Positions 54,466-64,000 of a stretch of DNA of 64,000 nucleotides are shown one piece after another. The position numbers and the translations under genes were made by a program. Under the pieces are notes generated by a model. The model was not told the DNA's origin and ran no database searches. It saw only the letters and a list, made by a program, of their open reading frames with translations. Position 1 is the stretch's first letter; each line of letters starts with the position of its first letter. The stretch lies in NCBI RefSeq assembly GCF_009914755.1, contig NC_060939.1; one strand, written 5' to 3'. Source of the stretch: the human T2T-CHM13v2.0 reference genome, Homo sapiens.

Positions 54466-55505
54466 TTAATATATATATACGAGAATATGTGAAACAGTAT
54501 GTTTTCAAGTTTCCATTGAATATTTTAAAAATAGATTATATAAAACCTCAATATATTTTTTAAAATAAAAACCACACAGGTCACATTACCTACTCAAAAT
54601 TTAATTACATTAGAAATTAAGACAAAGTTAAAACAGGACAACCAGCACCCCTAGTATCACCCTCCTCAGAGTATTTAAAAATAGATTCCTTTAAATTATC
54701 TCTTTTTTTACAAGAATAAAATCTAATCAATTATTAGAAAGATAATCTCAAACTGAACTCAAAAGAAGAAGCAAAGCATCTTCAAAGTCAATAAGGGTGC
54801 TATAAATGCTTCTTGGACTCTGAAACTCTCTGACTTCCCATTCTACTCTCAGTTGTAGAAAACTCCCTGATTGTTAGGTTTTGGTGTGATTAGGTTAGGT
54901 TTACCCAGGTACTCCCCCCGTCTTAAGGCTGACGGATTATTAGCCTTAGTGACATGTACAAGACTCCTTTGCCGTGTGAGGTATCAACAGGGTAACATGA
55001 GGAAATGAAGGTCATAGGGGCTATCTTAGACTTCTTCCTGCTACAACCTCTATTCACTTATTTTGAATCCTCAGAGTTTAATGAGCTCCTACTATGTTCT
55101 AGGTCCTTGCAATAGGAGTACAGCAGTGAACAAGACAAACATGGTTCTGGTCCTTGGAGTACAAAGTAAATGCTGAAAATTTAATAAATGGGTCAGTAGA
55201 TAGATAGATGTATAAAGGTCTAAATGCACATTCAGAAAATAGCAGGAGAAGACTGAGACTCAGTATTATTGAATATGCTTTAAAGGCCCATGTGTCGTCT
55301 TGAATGAAAATGTTGCTCAATTTCTGATGAGGAGACTAATTCATCAATATCTGTTATCATTGACTGATGACCTCACATAATAAAAGATCTTGACTTGAGT
55401 GTACGTTAATAATCAACATAATGGGTAATGTATCAAAAGAGTATATGGAAGATAATAAAAAGATATAAATTGAAATCTTAAACAGTTTTGTGCTAAAATA
55501 TGTTT

Positions 55506-55640
55506 AGAATTGCTTGAACCCAGGAGGCGGAGGTTGCAGTGAGCTGAGATTATGCCACTACACTCCAGCCTGGGCAACAAGATCCAACCTCCGTCTCAAA
55601 CAAACAAACAAACAAACAGAAACAACCCAAACAAACACAA
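55506..55640 (+). mobile_element. 5'-truncated AluS 3' end with (CAAA)n tail
   Basis: agaattgcttgaacccaggaggcggaggttgcagtgagc..ccagcctgggcaacaaga. Confidence 0.85.
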
Positions 55641-56668
55641 AAAATTACTATAATTGTATCTCTTTTGACTATAGCCTGGAAGAAGTCACTTTCTCCCCAA
55701 CTTAAGGAAGGGGAGACTTATCTCTAGCCAAGCTTTGAGTATAAACATATAAAAAGTAATTTTCATTTTCTTGAAACTGACTGCATGAAAAGGCATATGG
55801 TGTTCCCAAAAAATGTCTGATGAGTGAGAATATTAAAATGACTAAACTGATGGGACATATTTAATTTAATATTTAAACTTGATAAAAAATAGTTAAGCAT
55901 TTAACTCAAGAATTTCAAAATGGTACAGCAAAGCATACAAGCAAAATTAAAAGGAATGCTAATTACATATTAAGTTAGAAGGCAATAAATTATAAACAAA
56001 AACAGTAACAATTTATAAACATACACAAGTTCATTCTTTAACAAATAACCCATGATACAGAAAAATACAGCAAATGTGATAAAACAAAAACTGAGAAAAC
56101 ATAAAATTTAAAGTGAAAAAAAAAACAAAACATGCAGAAATTGTTTTAAAGACAAAAAATACTATCTTAGAAAATTAAATACGTGTTTCACTAAAATAAA
56201 CATGTACTGCTTAAATGAATCTTAATTTAATTTTAAAAATAGTAAATAGGTTGCAGGCATCAATTTTTGCAAGAAATGTAAAACATTATTTTAAAAATTT
56301 TTATTAAAGTCCCTATAACCAGTGTTTTTAATAAGCATCTGTTTAAAACATCTTGTAAAATGGACCCCAGACTAGGAAATATGGATAAAGTTATAAAAAG
56401 TGGCTTCCTTTCAGTTCATTTTACAAAGCAAATATAACTATTACTAACTCTTGATGAAGTGAATACAAAAAGAATAAAATTACTAAACAGTATCCCTTAT
56501 AAACATAGTTAAAATATTCTTAACTGAAAGAAAAAGGAACTGAATTCTACACTTACTAAGAAATCACCCACCCCAGTGATTTGGCATACAAAGATTTAAT
56601 ACTAGAAAATATATATTAATATAATGCAACACAACAATAAAGCTATTTACCTTATATTGTACATTTAC

Positions 56669-57020
56669 TGCTACAGACTAAATGTTTACATCCCTCTCAA
56701 ATTCATATGTTGAAATGCTAACCGCCAATGTGAGGGTTTTTGAAGGTGGGGCTTTTGGGAACTAATTAAGTCATGAGAGAGCAGCCCTCATTAATGGGTT
56801 TAGCACCCTTCTAAAGCAGCCCCCTGAACTCCCTTGCTCCTTCCCCAACTGAGGTTATAGAGAAAGGGCAGCCTTCTTTGAACTAGAACAAAAGTTTTTC
56901 CCAGACACCAGATTGGCTAGTACCTTGGTCTTAGATTTCCCAGACCCCAGAACTGTGAGAAATTCCTTTCTGTTGTTTATAAGCCACCAAGTCTATGGTA
57001 TTCTGGTACAGCAGCCCATT
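56669..57020 (+). mobile_element. MLT1A/MSTD-like LTR
   Basis: tgctacagactaaatgtt..aaattcatatgttgaaa..agaactgtgagaaatt..tgtttataagccacc. Confidence 0.75.
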
Positions 57021-57926
57021 TTTGATATTTATTTAATGATATTTAACATGCATGACTGATGAAATTTAACAAAGTAGTTATAGATATGTCCTTACCATGA
57101 TTAAAAATAACTCTTAAATTGATGCATACTTTTATTATCTAGTTCTAGCCAAAGCCATAAGATGAAAACACAAATAAGAAACCACCTATATGGCACATGT
57201 ATACCTATATAACAAACCTGCATGTTCCGTGCATGTATCCCAGAACTGAAAATCATATTTTAAAAAAATTTATTTATATAGAAAAAAAGAGAGCAAATGA
57301 TAATATTTTTCAAAAACTGATAATTTAATTATGGTAAGTTCTGTGTGATATGTGCCTGATATGTGTGATATGTGTCTGATGTGATATGTGTGAGATGAAA
57401 AACACTAAGGGGGTATGTGATTTTGAGCATTCATGTGCCCATAAATCCTTGTTAGAATTAAAATATCACATTAAACCTCTCTCTTTCTTTTAATGTCCAT
57501 GGTTTCTTTTATATGTTTTAGTAAGTGACACAGAGGAAAATACTGAGCGGACACCGTTTCTAAATTGGTAAACTGCCCTGAACTGCCACTTTACTCTTTT
57601 CTACAGCAAGTGTGGAAGATTAGAGTTCAGGCAAACATGTCATGTAAGTGGTGAAGATTCCCTTTTTCCACTGGGACAGCAGTAGAACTGAAGGGAAATC
57701 AGACAACAGCTACCTCAGCAGGAGAGCCTCAATGATGACACTTTTGCCTCAACAGTGGAAGCTGGTAGTTTCCAAAAATAGAGCTAAAAAGTGAATCAAG
57801 TTTTAAAGCACATTGAAAGTCACACGTAAAATTCATTATTACAGAAAAGCTATAAACCAATCACAGTAAATGAGTGAATTTAGAAATTAAATTTTAATAT
57901 GAAAGGTTCATGTTGTCAAAACTGAC

Positions 57927-58332
57927 TATGTTAGTCCATCTCAATGCTATAAAGGAATACCTGAGACTGGGTAATTTATAAAGAAAAGAGGAGTATTTGG
58001 CTGATGGTTTGCAGGCTGTACAAACAGGCCACCAGTATCTGCTCAGCTTCTGCTGAGGCCCGGGAAGCTGACAATCATGGCTTAAGGCAAAGGGGGAGCT
58101 GGCATATTACATGGGGAGAGAGGGAGCAAGGGAGATGCCAGGCTCTTTTAAACAACAAGATCTCTCGTGAATTCATAGAGCAAGAACTCACTCATTACCA
58201 GGAGGACAGCACAAAACCATTCATGGGGATCCACCCTTGGGAAACAAACACCTATTACTAGGCCCACCTCCAACACTGGAGGTCGCATTTCAACATGAGA
58301 TTTGGAGGGGACAAACCATCCAAACCATATCA
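57927..58332 (-). mobile_element. MST (MSTB-like) solo LTR
   Basis: gctataaaggaatacctgagactgggtaatttataaagaaaagagg..atttggaggggacaaaccatccaaaccatatca; near-TSD ctgac/ctaac. Confidence 0.85.
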
Positions 58333-58822
58333 CTAACGGAAAGTGATTGTTTAAATTGCTGTATTCAGTCCCTTGGCCTTTTTGAGAAATGCCATTCATT
58401 TCAGCCATCAAGCAAATTATTATTTGAGACATTTATACCTCTTCATCCTTTAAAAGTTTCAGAAGCATGAATTTAAAAAGTATTCATTGTAAATTTGAGG
58501 CTAGTCAAATTGATGTGGCATCTAAGTAGCACGGTGACGGGATGAGGAGACAAAGTCACGAGGGGAGGTAGGAAGAAGCAGAGAGAAAAAGAGAAATAAT
58601 AGGAAGAGAGAAAAAGAAATGAGAGAGTATAAGAAAAATGAAGAAAGAGGAAAAGAAAAATGGTTTAAATGAGAGGCAAATGTCATCTGATGTTTTACCA
58701 TGGGGCCATAGGGTATTTGAAGTTTCAGAAAATTCATAAGTTATTAAAAAATGTGACTCTAGGGTAGTGAGGTTATAACTTGTAAGAAAACAAGAAGTGA
58801 TTCCTTTTAAGAGAACCTTCTT

Positions 58823-59147
<325 letters not shown>

Positions 59148-59351
59148 GAGGAACTTCTTAAAGATGCGGTTGTCTTTCTTATGCTTCCTTTAGCTCTTTT
59201 TTACCTCTCCACGGATACAGATTTTTATACCAAATAGCTGGCATTAGCTAAACCAATGTCTAGGAGAACTGATCCTCACGAAGGAAAATCATAATTTATT
59301 ATTTTTTTAATTCATGGCATTTATTTGTACAAGAAATATATTTCTATTTAA

Positions 59352-59690
<339 letters not shown>

Positions 59691-61059
59691 GAAAAAACTT
59701 TTTAAAATTTGTTTGGGGATCTCCCATATTTGCCAAAGTAATCCCACAAAAACAATTAACATTTGACTTTGAAAATTAAGACAAAAAATACAATGATGAA
59801 TATTTTCTTGTAAAAGCAAAGACAGTAAAAATATTCAGATTTAAAATAAGCCTGAGAAAAAGCATGATTTCCTTGAGCTTACCTAAGTAAACTTATTTAC
59901 AAGTGACTGTATCAATAATTAGCAAAAGTAAAAGTCATTATGAAATCCTCCAAATCTTTCAAAGTAAAGTACTATCTTACATTCAAGCATTGAGTTTGCC
60001 CATAAAATTATTTAAGCTCAACCTTTTCCTCAATCTCCAAAACTCTGGCGTGTAACTACACAAACACTTCAATAGGGGACAGAATCTCCTTTTATCATTC
60101 ATTCTACCAAACATCAACTTCATAAGAATTAGAATCAAGTGTAATAAGAATGAACTATATAGAATCATTGATATAAATTTATAGGTGTTCAGACATAACC
60201 TTTAGACATATTTGTCAGTGTACATGTAAACAATACTCAATAACTTCTTTAATAGAGTTCTCCAGAGAAACAGAACCAATTGGATGTGGGTATATAACTC
60301 AGTTATATATTTCATCAGCTTCCTTTTTATGTAATAGAAACTAACTACAGCTAATGATGAATTTTTTTCATTCATTCATCATTAAAAGGGGAGAGAGAAA
60401 TCCAGGCTGGGTTTGTGCCATTTTTATTCCCTCACAGTTCTCTTCTTGCTGCATGATTCTTCCTTTCAGATATTAACCAGAAGGAATGGTTAGCCTGACT
60501 ATAGCTCTAGAGGAGCAACACAGGCTCTGGATAATGAGGATGCACAGGCTTTAATCAGTCCTAGCAGGAGGTCTTGGCTTAGACAACTATGTAGTTGATG
60601 GTATCCCTATAGGAAAAAAAAATATATATATATATGTTTTTGTGGTAGCAGGACAGAGTCAGTTTCAGACATTTGTTCAACAACTGTTGGTGTTCAACAT
60701 ATATTAGTATTTTGCACTAGGTACTATGTACTAAAAGTATAGTAAGGAATAAAAATAGGGAAATAAACAAAAACAAAATAAAGAAACAGAGAAAATTCCT
60801 ATTACCCTTTAGGAAAAACAACATAAAATAAAGTAACAGAATCTAGAAATAGAGAATAACAAGATAGAAGCCTACTATATACCACCATTATCAACCTGTC
60901 AAAATAAACATTGTCAGTAATGAGACAAACTGGAATCATGTACCACCTGATAGGATGCAATGAAAAAAACGCAGCATCAATTCTGTGATATTCTTGCCAA
61001 AATGCATTGCCTGACTCTAGTCACAAGGAAACCTCAGAAAACCTAAAGGGAGCCATTCA

Positions 61060-61222
61060 AAAAAGAAGGAAGGGAAAAGGAAAAAGTAAGGGAAAGAGGA
61101 AAGGAGAAGGAAGGGGAGGGGGAAGGGAAGGGGAGAGGGAAGAGAAAAAGGAAGGGGAAAGCGAAGGAGAAAGGAAAGGAGAAAAGGAAGGAGAAGCAAA
61201 GCAAAGGAAAAAAAGAAGAAAA
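61060..61222. repeat. GA-rich polypurine low-complexity tract
   Basis: About 160 bp almost exclusively G/A. Confidence 0.9.
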
Positions 61223-61363
61223 TATGGGCCAGAAATCTTGGTTAAGTTAGGTCTAAAGATCTATTCTTGATACAAGGACATTAAAAAGACATGACAATGA
61301 AAGGCAATGCATGATTCTGAACTTGATCCTTTTGCTATGAAACATTATTGGGACTATTGGTGA

Positions 61364-61677
<314 letters not shown>

Positions 61678-61881
61678 GACTATTGGTGAAATTTTAATGC
61701 GGACTTGATAATTAGATGTGCAATATATTAATATTAATTTTCTGGTTTTGTTCGTTGTACTGTGCATGTATTGCATTTGGGGGGGCACATATATTACTGT
61801 AATAGATTTGTAATATATAGAATTATATATATGTATATACATATATAGACACAATTGTGTTTGTAGAAAATATATATGAAA

Positions 61882-62110
61882 GCAAGGTTTTTCAACTTTG
61901 GCACTATCGCTTCTGACATTTGGGCCACATAATTCTTTGTTGGGGGCATTTCCTGTGAATTGCAGGATGTTTAGCGACTTGGTTTGCCTTTAATAACTAA
62001 ATGACAGTAGCATCCTCCTCACACCTTTCCCCAGGCTAACAACTAAAAATATCTTGAGATATTATCAGATGTTTCCTGGAGGGCAAAACTCCCCCTGGTT
62101 GAGAATCAGT
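61882..62110 (+). mobile_element. MER20-like hAT DNA transposon remnant
   Basis: ggtttttcaactttggcactat..ataattctttgttggggg..caggatgtttagc..gggcaaaactccccctggttgagaatc. Confidence 0.75.
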
Positions 62111-62159
62111 CTACTAAAGTATTTGGAGATGACAGAGCATCAGGTTCGTTTCTATATAT

Positions 62160-64000
62160 TATTAAAGTATCTTTCAAAGTTGAAGGTAAAATTAAGACAT
62201 TTTCGGAAAAATTAAATGGGCCAATTTGTCACCAGCAAATCTGTACTACAAAACATGCTAGCAGAAGTTTTTTGGCCTGAAGGGAAATAACATCGAATCT
62301 AAACTCCAGATTAGAGGAAATGAAAAGCATAGAAATGGTAAGTATATGAGTAACAGGAAATACTTTTTTTTAATCTGTCGATTTTGTTGAAGGGAAACTG
62401 ACTATTTAAATTTAAAAAGATATCATTTTATTGTGGGGTTTATGATGTGGATAGAAAAACTTATACTAAAAAAAATCACAAAAGACAGAGGGGGAATAAA
62501 GGAAATGTTACCGTCATCAGTTTTTGTTGTTGTTGTTTTGGGTTTTTTTAATAGACTTTGTTTTTAGGGCAGTTGTAAGTTCACAGCAAAATTGAAAGAA
62601 AGATACAAAGATTTCTCATACATCATTGTGTCCACACAGGCACAGCCTGACCCCTTGCTGTCATTCTCCTCTGGAGTGGCACATTACTTACCGCTGATGA
62701 ACCTGCACTGGCACATCCTTATCACCAAGGTCCATAGTTATATTAGGGTCCACGCTTGCTGTCATACATTCTATGAGTTTAGGCAAATTCATATACCAGT
62801 ATAGTATCATGCAGAATAGTTTTCTGCCCTGAAAGTCTTCTGTGCATATGAATAGGATAGGTGGAGCACAGATCACTTTTTAGGAAAATGTTGCCTTGTT
62901 TTGATTTGACAAAGTAGGCAACACTATCAATCACTGGAGAGAATGTAAAAATAGAACAGATGTCATCAGTTTTTTACATTATATATGAAGTTGTCAAAAA
63001 TTACCTCGAAGTAAAATTTAGATTAGTTAAGTATAAATTGATGATTATTGTAATACAAATAACTCAATACAAAAAAGCGTTGCAACTAACTCATCTATGC
63101 AATTTAAAATGAATACTTAAAATACAATTAAACAAAAATACGAGAAGAGAAACAAGAGATTGTACAGTTTTTAAAAGTGGCAACACATTTCATTTAACAT
63201 ATTTATGAACTAAATTATTCAATTACAAGGTAGAGACTGTCATATTAGACAAAAGAATGAGACCCAACTAATGTTGTCTACCAGAAACATATATTAAACA
63301 TAAAGACACAGATAGATGAAAAGTAAACCTACAAGAAAAGATAAACCATGTACACAGCAAGCATTAGGAAGCTTGTGTGGCTATATTAGCAAAATGCAAT
63401 GTAGACTGGAAAAGAGGGTGCATTATAAGAGAAAATGGGGGCATTTCATAATTATGAAATAACCAATTCATCGGTGGACAATAATATAAGCAATATTATT
63501 GTCCTCCGATGAATTGGTTATTATATTATTGTCCTAATATGACATATATGTCCATAATTATGAAATGCCCCCATTTCATAATTATGAAAGGGACACCAAC
63601 TTAATAATAAAGCCTCATAATTCATGAAGGAAAAAGCAGAATTGAAGGGAGAAATGGATAAATGACAATAATAATTAAAGATTTTAACATCCCTCTGTTC
63701 ATCACTGATTGAACAGTAAGACAAACCATTCGTATGGCTATAGAACATTTCAACTTCATTATAAATCACCTTGATCTTATTGACATTTATAAAAACTACA
63801 TTTCAAATGCTGAATATACGTTGTTTTCTTGTGTATTGAAAGCACCACCAACATAGGCCAAATGCTGAATCAAAGAGTAAGTTTAAATGAATTTAAGCTT
63901 TAGATTTTATAGAATATATTCTCTGATCACAATAAAATTTAATTTGAAATCGATGACATAAGAGATTCCTAGGAAACCCCCAAATAGTTGTAAATAACAT
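62160..64000 (+). mobile_element. Ancient L1M (ORF1 end to ORF2 endonuclease region), degenerate, with a nested minus-strand L1 3' fragment at ~62520-62845
   Basis: Recognisable L1 motifs (gacccaactaatgttgtctaccagaaaca, gtggctatattagc, tattctctgatcacaat); no open frame. Confidence 0.65.

Noticed and set aside
61007-61270. K/E/G/R-rich ORF
   Set aside because: Translation of a GA low-complexity tract.

Overview
Primate (human or great-ape-like) genomic DNA, AT-rich and repeat-dense, with the architecture of a segmental-duplication mosaic. I found no intact protein-coding gene. The dominant structure is a large, near-identical inverted repeat: left arm 1..13316 (running off the window edge) and right arm 25897..39182, around a 12,580-bp spacer. 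Each arm carries an isolated, intact 121-nt exon whose translation I recognise as a paralogue of a glypican-5 (GPC5) exon. The spacer holds a 1.9-kb Alu-packed island and a 3.2-kb GC/CpG-rich, intron-containing 3' fragment of ABHD17A (pseudogene). That fragment starts mid-exon, ends at the poly(A) site and appears to split an old MLT1-type LTR, so it looks like a retroposed unspliced pre-mRNA. Beyond 39 kb are old LTR/LINE/DNA repeats, 12 full-length Alus that are all AluY-type, a 1.3-kb Alu-bounded direct duplication with swapped flanks, a twin-primed L1 and a nested fold-back insertion. CpG sites across the window seem to decay by transversion (CG>CC/GG/AG) unusually often. Repeat subfamily and gene identities come from my recall of consensus sequences, not from a search, and I have not determined the chromosomal location.
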